64,000 bases of DNA from Pseudomonadota bacterium (GTDB lineage Bacteria; Myxococcota_A; Polyangia; JAAYKL01). The notes beneath the pieces are model-generated. The model was given only the letters and a program-made list of their open reading frames with translations, did no database searches and was not told where the DNA came from. The stretch lies in NCBI GenBank assembly GCA_023229365.1, contig JALNZK010000003.1:10339-74338 (forward strand). Direction: 5' to 3'. Shown here piece by piece: positions 33,318-41,545 of this stretch. A program made the translations under genes and the position numbers. How positions within the stretch are numbered: position 1 is the first letter of the stretch; the number at the start of each line of letters is the position of its first letter.

Positions 33318-33599
33318 TCAAATCTCCATTTGCATCTGTTTTATCTCCTCAATCAATCTATTTAACTTTTCTGATCCTTTTATTTTTAATGTTTTATCTC
33401 CTAACTTCTTCCACCAAAATTTGTGAGGTTTAAACAATCGATGAATTTCTTCATGACAATGGGAACAAACCCACATTTTGTTAGAAACCGTAGGGTTGAA
33501 ATAATATTTCATCGCTTTAATTATAGCAATAGGAATAATATGATGTTTTTCTATATTGTCGTGAAGAACGGAAGATTTACATTTTTCACATATGGGCAC
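33318..33599 (-). CDS. small HNH endonuclease (93 aa)
   Basis: CEKCKS...EKHHIIP...VCSHCHEEIH. Confidence 0.65.
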   Translation of the reverse strand: MPICEKCKSSVLHDNIEKHHIIPIAIIKAMKYYFNPTVSNKMWVCSHCHEEIHRLFKPHKFWWKKLGDKTLKIKGSEKLNRLIEEIKQMQMEI

Positions 33600-33610
33600 A
33601 TGGATACCTC

Positions 33611-33760
33611 CTATTCGTCTCTTCGGATCTCCATATCTATATCGGTATATAACTTATAGGCGATTTCGGAATTTGGTCCAAATAGTACTTTTTTGGAATA
33701 CCAATGCAGCAATTCCCTTAAAAATTTAGCATCTTCGTCACTAAATGTTATACCGATCAT
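33611..33760 (-). CDS. small protein (49 aa), tandem paralog b
   Basis: Hand translation: MIGITFSDEDAKFLRELLHWYSKK... ATGA overlap with paralog a. Confidence 0.4.
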   Translation of the reverse strand: MIGITFSDEDAKFLRELLHWYSKKVLFGPNSEIAYKLYTDIDMEIRRDE

Positions 33761-33903
33761 TCTTCTCCTCCAATAGCCCGATCTATTTCAGCGTGTAAAC
33801 GCAGGGTCGTGTAAGACTCATGTCCAAGGGCAACCGCAGAGTGTTTGAATAACAACGCTCTTAGAAATCTGGCATCCTCATTATTTAAAGTTATGTTAAC
33901 CAT
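33757..33903 (-). CDS. small protein (48 aa), tandem paralog a
   Basis: Hand translation: MVNITLNNEDARFLRALLFKHSAV... Same N-terminal pattern as paralog b. Confidence 0.4.
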   Translation of the reverse strand: MVNITLNNEDARFLRALLFKHSAVALGHESYTTLRLHAEIDRAIGGEE

Positions 33904-34365
33904 TCAAACCGTCTCCGGAGCGTTCCTATAATACTTTATCGCATCCACAAAACACCTTTGTTCTATCATAAGTTCAATAATTTCCGAGTCCGACAAATTC
34001 TCCTTAATACCATCATTTATTGTTTCAAGCGAACACGCTGCAACCTCGCCAAATTCTAACGTTTCGTGTAAAATTTTATGCTCCGCGTCGAATTCTTTCC
34101 AAGAAAGTTTCCGTGGTCTGAGAAGGTGGTCGTATCCAAGCTTTTTAGAAAGAATTCGTACTACTTTATCGGCGTATTCCGAATCCCCACACTCTCGCTC
34201 TATAAATGTACCAATTAATTCTATAAAGGATATGTCGTCTTCATATTTGTCTCCCCAGTCTTCTATTTTGATGTCTTCAGAATTTGGTTTATTGGTTCCG
34301 ATAACATATGATTTCGTTATTCCATAAAACCAATCGAGAGGGCTAACGGGTCTCATATAGCTCAT
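33904..34365 (-). CDS. hypothetical protein (153 aa)
   Basis: ORF track; promoter box 34402-34412 upstream. Confidence 0.5.
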   Translation of the reverse strand: MSYMRPVSPLDWFYGITKSYVIGTNKPNSEDIKIEDWGDKYEDDISFIELIGTFIERECGDSEYADKVVRILSKKLGYDHLLRPRKLSWKEFDAEHKILHETLEFGEVAACSLETINDGIKENLSDSEIIELMIEQRCFVDAIKYYRNAPETV

Positions 34366-34401
34366 TTAGAATCACCTTAATTTATAGGGCATACGTTTTA
34401 A

Positions 34402-34412
34402 TACTATTTATT
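34402..34412 (-). promoter_or_regulatory. AATAAATAGTA promoter box
   Basis: Overlaps the stop of the upstream gene; 36 nt before ATG 34365. Confidence 0.5.
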
Positions 34413-34590
34413 CCTTCTGGCTTGAAATATGTGGTACCTCTTCTACCCAGATTCTAACATCATATCTAGAACCCGGCGCTAACCATCCTAGTTTGTTTGC
34501 GATATCATACGCCCCTCTATAGGCCTCATCATATGTATCTGCCGTACAAAGCGGACTATCATTAGCCATACCCACAAATTTTGTTACCAA
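34408..34590 (-). CDS. hypothetical protein (60 aa)
   Basis: ORF track; dominant strand. Confidence 0.4.
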   Translation of the reverse strand: MVTKFVGMANDSPLCTADTYDEAYRGAYDIANKLGWLAPGSRYDVRIWVEEVPHISSQKE

Positions 34591-34877
34591 TTATTCCACA
34601 CTCCCCTGATATTCATCGCTTCAAAGAAAACATATGTGGCCACCATAAACCAATTTCTATCCTTGTAAAACCCAATAGCAATAATCCCATTGGAAATCAA
34701 CCACACACCGAAACCGATAGCCCTGAATAGCGCCGTAGGGTCTGACGTTAAATACGCCCCACTCATACTTAAAACCATCGCTAGGGCATACCAAGGTTTA
34801 GTTTTTATTTCATGGATTAATTCCTTCCATACCATCCACTTCCTCCCACTTCTTTTTAAATTTATCAAGTTCCTCAC
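34584..34877 (-). CDS. small membrane protein (start uncertain)
   Basis: Three hydrophobic helices; faint PnuC-like C-terminus (weak). Confidence 0.45.
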   Translation of the reverse strand: MRNLINLKRSGRKWMVWKELIHEIKTKPWYALAMVLSMSGAYLTSDPTALFRAIGFGVWLISNGIIAIGFYKDRNWFMVATYVFFEAMNIRGVWNNW

Positions 34878-35004
34878 GGGATTTATCTAGTGAGTTATTT
34901 AAATTTTGAAGATAATAAGTAGTATTATCCAACAAAGCGCTGATTACCCCAAGGTTATAACTTCTCTTTTTGATTACTTCTAACTCTTCTTCGGCAATTT
35001 CCAT
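34810..35004 (-). CDS. hypothetical coiled-coil protein (64 aa)
   Basis: ATG 35004 lies just after the upstream stop, with SD GGAAGGGG. The ORF track start is 35076. Confidence 0.4.
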   Translation of the reverse strand: MEIAEEELEVIKKRSYNLGVISALLDNTTYYLQNLNNSLDKSREELDKFKKKWEEVDGMEGINP

Positions 35005-35005
35005 C

Positions 35006-35281
35006 TCAATACCCCTTCCTCGGGCGCCCATTGTCACATAAATCAGCGTTGCAATTCTTTTCGGCGCATAATTCATAATAATGGCAATCTTCGGGAAACG
35101 GGCAATAGGAAAACGCCTTATTAATTTTAAGAGATCTAAAGATTTCTATCTTTGGAAGAAATATGGAATCTTCAAAGTAATCAAAATTTCGACTTTTTAG
35201 CTCTTCTCTTAAAATAGAGAAGATCTTCCCGTAAGCGGTGCAAATATCTTCCAAGTTTTTAACATCGGATGAAAGGGACAT
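35006..35281 (-). CDS. hypothetical protein (91 aa)
   Basis: ORF track; dominant strand. Confidence 0.45.
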   Translation of the reverse strand: MSLSSDVKNLEDICTAYGKIFSILREELKSRNFDYFEDSIFLPKIEIFRSLKINKAFSYCPFPEDCHYYELCAEKNCNADLCDNGRPRKGY

Positions 35282-35289
35282 GAAACCAC

Positions 35290-35484
35290 CTATCCAGAAA
35301 TACTAAGTATTAAAGAGTCACCTGCTCTAGCATTAGAGATCATTCTGTCTAATTCGGAAATAATATCAGATTTTGTAGCGTAGTCCTTTGACAGGAAACT
35401 TACGTCAAATCCACGTTCCTTTAGTGTTGCTGCAAAATTAATCATTTCGTCTTTATAGGTTGTTACGAATAGAGCGCGTTTCAT
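35290..35484 (-). CDS. caspase/metacaspase (C14) N-terminal half only, truncated before the catalytic His
   Basis: KRALFVTTYKD...LKERGFDVSFLSKDYATKSDIISELDRMISNARAGDSLILSISG then a stop. Resembles the start of the caspase p20 fold and ends where SGHG is expected. Confidence 0.4.
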   Translation of the reverse strand: MKRALFVTTYKDEMINFAATLKERGFDVSFLSKDYATKSDIISELDRMISNARAGDSLILSISG

Positions 35485-35807
35485 GTTGACTCGCCCTGAG
35501 TAAACGTAGTAGTTTTTGAGCAGTCTTTACAGTGCCATCTCGCTATAGGTTTGTTGCATTCCTCGACCCAGAAATTCCCTCTGACAGAACCGCAATGGCT
35601 GCATCTTAAATTGGCCTGGTCTGCATCTATACAAGTTTTACATCTATATGCGCCGCCAGCCGATGTTAGGCTTAAATCCTCGTTAAATACTCCGCAAGAC
35701 GGATCTTTAAATTTACCCGTTCCATATAAGTCTACATATCCTAGCGACTGACAGTTTTCGCACAACTCAACGTCGTTCGTATCTATTTTAACCAGAATTT
35801 GCCTCAT
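35481..35807 (-). CDS. Cys-rich protein (108 aa)
   Basis: CENCQS..C..CKTC..CSHCG..CKDC. Confidence 0.5.
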   Translation of the reverse strand: MRQILVKIDTNDVELCENCQSLGYVDLYGTGKFKDPSCGVFNEDLSLTSAGGAYRCKTCIDADQANLRCSHCGSVRGNFWVEECNKPIARWHCKDCSKTTTFTQGEST

Positions 35808-35970
35808 TTAATAACCCCTCTTCCTTCATCCTCTCAATATCTTTTGTCGAAACTCCAGCCGAAAGTAACATAGCTTCTGAGCGCTCTCCGGGACAATCAA
35901 AAACAGAGACAAGGCACTTAAAGCCTTTACCTTGTCTCCTATCACAATCTAGTTTAGAACAGAGTCTCAT
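35788..35970 (-). CDS. hypothetical protein (60 aa)
   Basis: ORF track; dominant strand. Confidence 0.4.
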   Translation of the reverse strand: MRLCSKLDCDRRQGKGFKCLVSVFDCPGERSEAMLLSAGVSTKDIERMKEEGLLNEANSG

Positions 35971-36140
35971 TGGATATAATCCTCAATTCTCGTAATCTGC
36001 GAGATATTAATAATACTACCATCATCTAATTCGTGCCATCTAACGGGACCTAATCCTATATGTTTAAGAAAATCGTCTACCGAATCATAATTAATATCCC
36101 GAAAATAAGTTTTATCCGAGAGATAAATAAGAATAGCCAT
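35967..36140 (-). CDS. small protein (57 aa)
   Basis: Hand translation: MAILIYLSDKTYFRDINYDSVDDFLKHIGLGPVRWHELDDGS... ATGA overlap downstream. Confidence 0.4.
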   Translation of the reverse strand: MAILIYLSDKTYFRDINYDSVDDFLKHIGLGPVRWHELDDGSIINISQITRIEDYIQ

Positions 36141-36145
36141 CTTCC

Positions 36146-36586
36146 TCAGATCCTATACGTCGTAATCTCTAGTTCTCTAATATTCGCTGCCTCTTTCTCT
36201 CTAAATCTTCTGTTTATCTCAGACAATCTCTTCCCTGCTTTATAAGCAATATTCATCATATCTTCCATGTCGCTAATAGAAATTGCTTCATTAAAGGCAG
36301 GTACGTCCTCCTTGCAGACTTTAATCTTGTAAGTAACAAAATTAGACTCCTCAAAGAGATCACAATTATAACTAGACTTATCCATAAAGAGAATTACTTC
36401 TCCAGACTTATAAACTCGGGGATAACCTCTAAGATATTCTTCGGGAAGATGTTCCTTTGGTAGAACTCCATCTGCTTTTATAAGAACCCTGTAGTTCTCC
36501 ACAAATGGCTTGTAGTCTCCACATTCATACACTACCTTCTCAGGAACATCTCTTGGAAGGTCCCACTTAAATTCCATGTTGGTCAT
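36146..36586 (-). CDS. hypothetical protein (146 aa)
   Basis: ORF track; dominant strand. Confidence 0.5.
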   Translation of the reverse strand: MTNMEFKWDLPRDVPEKVVYECGDYKPFVENYRVLIKADGVLPKEHLPEEYLRGYPRVYKSGEVILFMDKSSYNCDLFEESNFVTYKIKVCKEDVPAFNEAISISDMEDMMNIAYKAGKRLSEINRRFREKEAANIRELEITTYRI

Positions 36587-36592
36587 GTCGTC

Positions 36593-36820
36593 TCATTCCT
36601 CCAATTTTCTTAACGGAAGCGCTCTGTTCTCCTGCGATTTATCCCATTCAGATCTGAGCATCACGGAAACTTCAAAAGTTTTCGAATCCTCGATTGGTTT
36701 GTTAGGATGGTCTGGTTCCAACCACTCTTCAAAAACTAGGTTGTCTCCGGGTTTACCTTCCATATTTTTCACAATTTCTTTTGGAATAGTAATTGTCCCG
36801 TCAGAATTAATTTGTGGCAT
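36593..36820 (-). CDS. AbrB/SpoVT-like DNA-binding protein
   Basis: INSDGTITIPKEIVKNMEGKPGDNLVFEE matches the swapped-hairpin AbrB/MazE pattern. Confidence 0.55.
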   Translation of the reverse strand: MPQINSDGTITIPKEIVKNMEGKPGDNLVFEEWLEPDHPNKPIEDSKTFEVSVMLRSEWDKSQENRALPLRKLEE

Positions 36821-37170
36821 TATACCGCACTTCTCCTCACTGTTCTCTTCTTATATTTGCGTTTTATTGGTGCAAGATTTTCAATCTCAGAGGAGTCTTC
36901 CTCTGAATCGTCCTCTTTCCTCAACGTCCCTTTTATCCTGCTATGTTCTATATAGTTTTCTGCCGTGACGAGTTCAGACGCGAATTTTCCATGATCTAAT
37001 ACAGATTTTATAGTTAATAAATGTTCCGCTTGAAGTTCTCGGATAGCGTTGGCGAGCTTTTCCGTTGCTTTATATGTTTTATTCTCATATAGGGAATCTG
37101 CGGTTACTATTCCTTTTTTGTTTTTCTCTTGAATGCGGAGGTAGAGACGAGAGGCGTAAGAGGACAACAT
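36820..37170 (-). CDS. hypothetical protein (116 aa), basic C-terminus
   Basis: ORF track; dominant strand. Confidence 0.45.
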   Translation of the reverse strand: MLSSYASRLYLRIQEKNKKGIVTADSLYENKTYKATEKLANAIRELQAEHLLTIKSVLDHGKFASELVTAENYIEHSRIKGTLRKEDDSEEDSSEIENLAPIKRKYKKRTVRRSAV

Positions 37171-37172
37171 AA

Positions 37173-37655
37173 TTATACTCCCTTAAGATCAAATGTGGAA
37201 ATTCTAGTCTCTCCATTGTGTTTCTCAAACACGACAAGAGCCAATGGTTGAGGCAGTCCCTGCGTCGCTCCGCTAAATTTAGGACGACCACGGATAAACT
37301 TAATTTCTTTGGCCTTCATACAATATTCATGCCACCAATTGGTATTTGTCCTGGCGGGAATCAACATCACAATGGTTGTAGTACAATATTTCTGAGATTC
37401 TTTATAACTCTTTATTACCCAATCCTTTAGTTTTCCGTTTTTATCTCCATAAGGCGGGTTTAACCAACAAGATCCTTTCCATTCTTGTATTAGGGCGTTA
37501 TCTGTCTCGGAATAAAAAAGATCACACTTCTTGTTAGACTCACTCGCGGCCAAATCCCAATTAAAGTGAAACTCCTCATCCAATTTATTAAAAAGTTCAT
37601 CTGGCGTCTCCCAATCTTGTTTTACAGAATTAAATTTACTATCAAAGTTTACCAT
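37173..37655 (-). CDS. dam: phage-type DNA N6-adenine methyltransferase (Dam family)
   Basis: QDWETPDELF ... DLAAS ... WLNPPYG ... MLIPARTNTNWWH. Confidence 0.8.
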   Translation of the reverse strand: MVNFDSKFNSVKQDWETPDELFNKLDEEFHFNWDLAASESNKKCDLFYSETDNALIQEWKGSCWLNPPYGDKNGKLKDWVIKSYKESQKYCTTTIVMLIPARTNTNWWHEYCMKAKEIKFIRGRPKFSGATQGLPQPLALVVFEKHNGETRISTFDLKGV

Positions 37656-38405
37656 TTACAATCTCTCCATAACTTCTAAAATTCTATTGGCTAAAAATTC
37701 AATTACAGGTGGACAAACTGCGTTTCCATAGGATTTTACTCTATGTCGAGCCAACCGTAAGGGAACCCCATCGCCCATTCGTATATTTGGGATATTCTTA
37801 AACCACCAAGACCCGCAAGCAATACTTCGGTTGCCAAACTCGGTTGATGCCTGTTTCTCGACGCTGCATATGCCTCCTTCAAAGAAAGGTCTCTGTAGTC
37901 CCTTGCTGACGGGGTAGGCAACGACAAAGATCCGATCCCTCTTGTGAGGCGCACCAAAGGCTCTCGCCGGAAGCACTTCCCATTCTGCATTATACCCGAT
38001 GGAGGCCAAGTCTGATAAGATTCTCCCGAAGATTTCCCCTTTTTCTGCGGTAAGCAGCCCTCTAACATTTTCCAGGATAAACCAGTCTGGTCTAAGACCG
38101 CAAATAACGTTAAAGGTTTGGGGCCACAAGTATCTATCGTCGCTTGATCCATTGCGTCTTCCGGCGAAAGAATAGGGTTGACACGGCATTCCTGCGCAGA
38201 TAATGTTGGGTTTTTCAAGTTCATTAATATCAACTTCTTTAATATCAGTATATCTTTTGGTGTTTGGATAGTGCTTTTCTAATATAGAAATACAAAATGG
38301 ATCGTTTTCTATTTGCCATATGGTTTTAAAAAGGTTAGAAGTGCTCTGAAATCCAAGTTCGAATCCACCTATACCAGAAAAGAGGGAGCCAAGGGTTAAA
38401 GTGAT
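37656..38405 (-). CDS. dcm: DNA cytosine-5 methyltransferase, short phage type (probable AUC start or frameshift entry)
   Basis: Motif I LFSGIGGFELG lies upstream of the first ATG (38189). Also IV GMPCQPYS, VI ILENV, VIII HKRDRIFVVAY, and tail GVPLRLARHRVKSYGNAVCPPV. SD GGAGGG lies 6 nt before ATC 38405. Confidence 0.75.
   Translation of the reverse strand: MTLTLGSLFSGIGGFELGFQSTSNLFKTIWQIENDPFCISILEKHYPNTKRYTDIKEVDINELEKPNIICAGMPCQPYSFAGRRNGSSDDRYLWPQTFNVICGLRPDWFILENVRGLLTAEKGEIFGRILSDLASIGYNAEWEVLPARAFGAPHKRDRIFVVAYPVSKGLQRPFFEGGICSVEKQASTEFGNRSIACGSWWFKNIPNIRMGDGVPLRLARHRVKSYGNAVCPPVIEFLANRILEVMERL
37736..38233 (-). CDS. alternative-frame ORF inside dcm with methyltransferase TRD/tail-like motifs (coding status uncertain)
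   Basis: 165 aa. DTCGPKP..., WPPSGIMQNGKCF, SLSLPTPSARDY, IYEWAMGFPYGW resemble the C-terminal part of long phage C5-MTases, from my recollection of those families. Confidence 0.3.
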   Translation of the reverse strand: MILMNLKNPTLSAQECRVNPILSPEDAMDQATIDTCGPKPLTLFAVLDQTGLSWKMLEGCLPQKKGKSSGESYQTWPPSGIMQNGKCFRREPLVRLTRGIGSLSLPTPSARDYRDLSLKEAYAASRNRHQPSLATEVLLAGLGGLRISQIYEWAMGFPYGWLDIE

Positions 38406-38980
38406 ATTCTTCCCTCCTGTTTCTTCCAGTTTAAACCGTTTCTCTCCACTAATCCTTTTATTTCGTCCAAACTTTCTAAATCTGGATAATCTGGAAAAAC
38501 CGTTGTGCGGATCTGTAGTGGAATATCATACCATTTGCACAACAAAATTACATTTTCCGCATTTTCCCAAGAATCCTCAACACCAGTAAGTTTAAAATAA
38601 TTCTCTTCTCCATAAGTTTTCATATCCAGGAAAACTTCATCAATTAATTTCTCCCTCATTAAAAGATCTAATTTTCCCGAATTATATCCAGATGTTTCCA
38701 ACCCCACTTTGAATCCTATTAGGTGACAAAATTTAGCAATTTCTTCTACAGCCGCAGGCTGGAGCATTGCTTCTCCGCCGGAGAAAATCACCTCTGAAAT
38801 CAAATAATTATCTAATATTTGTTTCGTTATATCTCTAATGTCTACGAAACTTTCCCCAGATTGTAACTCTTTGTTGTGGCAATAAAAACATTTATAAGGA
38901 CAACCTCGGAAAAATAAAATTAATGAGGAATGATTGGAATCCGAACATGAGAGTTGGGACCCTCCAAAATTAACTAGCAC
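38396..38980 (-). CDS. nrdG: anaerobic ribonucleotide reductase activating enzyme (radical SAM)
   Basis: GCPYKCFYCHN cluster motif; 194 aa; adjacent to nrdD. Confidence 0.8.
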   Translation of the reverse strand: MLVNFGGSQLSCSDSNHSSLILFFRGCPYKCFYCHNKELQSGESFVDIRDITKQILDNYLISEVIFSGGEAMLQPAAVEEIAKFCHLIGFKVGLETSGYNSGKLDLLMREKLIDEVFLDMKTYGEENYFKLTGVEDSWENAENVILLCKWYDIPLQIRTTVFPDYPDLESLDEIKGLVERNGLNWKKQEGRISL

Positions 38981-39224
38981 GCTCGATTACTCCTTTAATT
39001 CCCCTAAATTTCTCTCCATCGAACATATCATTTACGGTATAAAATTTGTCATCAACCTGTAGAACCGGAGCAGACATAGTAAAAACTCCGTTGGAGTATA
39101 GCTCGGTTTGCGATTCGGGGGTTCCCATATCTACTACTTCAAAAGACTCTCCCGCTCTCATTAGGATATCTTTCAAAAACGAACATTTTGGACAATTCTT
39201 TGTAAAAAAAAGTTTATATTTCAT
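38970..39224 (-). CDS. glutaredoxin/NrdH-like redoxin
   Basis: 84 aa; FTKNCPKCSFLK CxxC motif; lies between nrdD and nrdG. Confidence 0.6.
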   Translation of the reverse strand: MKYKLFFTKNCPKCSFLKDILMRAGESFEVVDMGTPESQTELYSNGVFTMSAPVLQVDDKFYTVNDMFDGEKFRGIKGVIERAS

Positions 39225-39238
39225 ATTTCAGTCTCCTC

Positions 39239-41449
39239 TTAAATTGAATATCTCTTTCGGTCCATCAACTCTTCTTTCTTGCCTGCATTCCATCCGCTCA
39301 CAGCTTGCAGGTAGCCCGTAACTCGGCTGATAAAATCTACATTTTTAGAGCCGCAGTTTGGGCAAACATGCCTTAATCCCTTGTTTGTTTTTGAGCAGTC
39401 CAAGCAAATTGTCATATCTCTAGTAACATCAAAATAGCCAATTTGAGTATTCCGAGCAGTCTTGTTTACGAGATCATAGAGCGCTTCGGGATCGGGATCT
39501 TTCTCCCCAAGGAATATATGGAAAATATTCCCACCGTCGAGGATAGGGAAAAATGTTTGTTCATAATTCATCCGCTCAACAAGAGAAACGTCGGCATTTG
39601 GCGGTAGCATTGTGCCATTCGTATAATATATTGGTAAATCGTTCATCTTGTTTATACGAGACAACGCCCCATTTACATCTCCCTGGACAATATTTTGTGT
39701 AAAAGGTCTGTATTTTTCGTTAAGAAGATCGGCCACCGCAAATCGTTGTGCCACTGATTCGGCAGGCGTTCTTGCTACCGCAATTTTGATCCCGCTCTCT
39801 TTCTCTAACTCTCTAGCATAATTTTTCATCTCCAAAAGAGCGCGAATAGCTAATCTATATGCATCCTTGCTTTCATGTAAGGCAAACCCCGTATGATGCT
39901 TTACCATTTCATTAATTCCCACGACGCCAATCGTATAAACAAGGTCTTTTAGCAAATATGCATCTGGAAACCGTTTTCCGCTTTCGTGATCTAGTGATTT
40001 TTGGGTAAGGAATGGAAGCCGATCCGCCTGTAAAATCCTTTTCATCCAAGATTGTTTGATCTTAAAAACCTTAATAGCATCGTCCATTATCGATTTCAAG
40101 TTCTCGAATAATAGATTGTCATCTCCATTAGATTTATAGGAAGCTCTAGGGGCGTTTACGGTAACTACCTGCCACGAACCCATTGAAAAATGTTTTCCAT
40201 CAACAAAGTTTAACTTGTCTTCAAATTCGTTATCCGTTTCCTCATTATCCGAGAATTGATACGCGCAACATTGATAGCAAGAAATTCCCTTCCCCGCTCC
40301 TCGGTATTCCGGCATCTGGTTATCGAAATATGGAGTTCCAAATTTCGCTGCCAACTCTATTGATAATCTATATAAATCATCATATTCCGAGTTGTTCATA
40401 AAAAATGGTTCCATATTAATTTCGGGTTTTGGGAAATTAAACGGCTTCCCAAGATAGTCCCCTTCCAACATTACTTCCATTAAAGCCCTAAAAGTGGTTT
40501 GAGCCTCAGTCTCGAAATCTCCATAGGTCTGATTGTTCCAAATTTTTCCCTTATAAACTGGAGAAATATCGCGCCACATTTCCGGAATACCAGGAGACAG
40601 TTGTAGAGAAGAAAATACTATCTGGCCACCGCGAGCGACCTGGACCTGGGATGTCTCGTAGATTAATTCTTGCATAAGCTGTTTTATTTCTTTATACTCT
40701 AGCCCGCGCATGTATGGAGCAATAAATGGTATAAAATTATAAAATCCTTGTCCGCCCGCGCAATTTGTTTGTCCCGCGGCAAGTATTTTTACTGCATGGA
40801 GAATAGCCACGGAAGGTTTCATTGCAGGACCAGCTACCGCGGCACGAATACCTTTTCCGTCGGGAAGAAATCCCGTCTTAAAGAAATAACGCAAATCCCA
40901 GTCAGCGCAAAAAGGTCTTGTGCCAAAATATTCAAGGTCGTGGATGTGTAGATCTCCGCCTAAATGTTTGTCCGCTAACTGAGGCGGCATAAGCAACAAA
41001 TATTGTTCCTTTGAAACCTTGTCGGCCTTCTTCTTGTGGCTCGTTTCAGGATTTCCCTGAACGTTGGCGTTCTCGTTCCGCTCAAATGAATTTTGGTCTC
41101 CCACATCGATCATGAAGGCGTCGTATACCGGCAATCCTACCCGTGTTGATCTTTTTCTGTAGGAATCATATCTCATTATGTCTTCTTTGTTTTTAGATTT
41201 TTGGCTTTTTTCAAGTAAAATTTGATTCGCAATTTCTCGGACCAACGAAGAATTTATTATTGAGTGTTTCTTGAAATTAATTCTCCTTTCTACTTCTATC
41301 GCTATTCCTTCTGCTTCTTCTCTAGAAATTCCATCAATTTCAAAGAACTCTTTAAGCGCGGCGGTTTCCTTTATAAGTTGATTAGAAATAGCGGCGCGGT
41401 CCCAAGGTCGATGTAGGCCACTAGACGTTCGTACAAAAATATTATCCAT
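39239..41449 (-). CDS. nrdD: class III anaerobic ribonucleoside-triphosphate reductase
   Basis: 736 aa. C-terminal zinc site CLDC..CPNCG and glycyl-radical motif SRVTGYL. The body resembles NrdD throughout. Confidence 0.85.
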   Translation of the reverse strand: MDNIFVRTSSGLHRPWDRAAISNQLIKETAALKEFFEIDGISREEAEGIAIEVERRINFKKHSIINSSLVREIANQILLEKSQKSKNKEDIMRYDSYRKRSTRVGLPVYDAFMIDVGDQNSFERNENANVQGNPETSHKKKADKVSKEQYLLLMPPQLADKHLGGDLHIHDLEYFGTRPFCADWDLRYFFKTGFLPDGKGIRAAVAGPAMKPSVAILHAVKILAAGQTNCAGGQGFYNFIPFIAPYMRGLEYKEIKQLMQELIYETSQVQVARGGQIVFSSLQLSPGIPEMWRDISPVYKGKIWNNQTYGDFETEAQTTFRALMEVMLEGDYLGKPFNFPKPEINMEPFFMNNSEYDDLYRLSIELAAKFGTPYFDNQMPEYRGAGKGISCYQCCAYQFSDNEETDNEFEDKLNFVDGKHFSMGSWQVVTVNAPRASYKSNGDDNLLFENLKSIMDDAIKVFKIKQSWMKRILQADRLPFLTQKSLDHESGKRFPDAYLLKDLVYTIGVVGINEMVKHHTGFALHESKDAYRLAIRALLEMKNYARELEKESGIKIAVARTPAESVAQRFAVADLLNEKYRPFTQNIVQGDVNGALSRINKMNDLPIYYTNGTMLPPNADVSLVERMNYEQTFFPILDGGNIFHIFLGEKDPDPEALYDLVNKTARNTQIGYFDVTRDMTICLDCSKTNKGLRHVCPNCGSKNVDFISRVTGYLQAVSGWNAGKKEELMDRKRYSI

Positions 41450-41464
41450 AATGATTAACCTCTA

Positions 41465-41489
41465 TAAATTAAATTAAATTAAATTAAAT
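41465..41489. repeat. (TAAAT)x5 microsatellite
   Basis: Perfect five-unit pentanucleotide repeat, 16-40 nt upstream of the nrdD ATG. Confidence 0.9.
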
Positions 41490-41545
41490 CGTCCTCAAAT
41501 TCGGGCAGCCTTCAAGATAGCTTTACGATGTTATAAACTTGTCGC

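Noticed and set aside
35281-35292. Read-through of the TAG after the caspase-like fragment to recover the catalytic half.
   Set aside because: Translation past the TAG gives VVSCPFHPMLKTWKIF... and then a stop, with no SGHG or QACxG-type continuation. The next real ORF is in another frame and is unrelated.
38352-38368. T-loop-like GTTCGAATCC string here, and a GGTTCGAACC palindrome at 43318-43335, checked as possible tRNA genes.
   Set aside because: Both lie inside well-supported coding sequence (Dcm motif I GGFELG and a Cys-rich ORF). No acceptor, D or anticodon arms can be drawn around them.
41465-41489. (TAAAT)x5 repeat upstream of nrdD, considered as a possible mini CRISPR array or iteron set.
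   Set aside because: The units are contiguous 5-mers with no spacers and no flanking repeats. It is best read as an AT-rich microsatellite within the nrdD promoter region.
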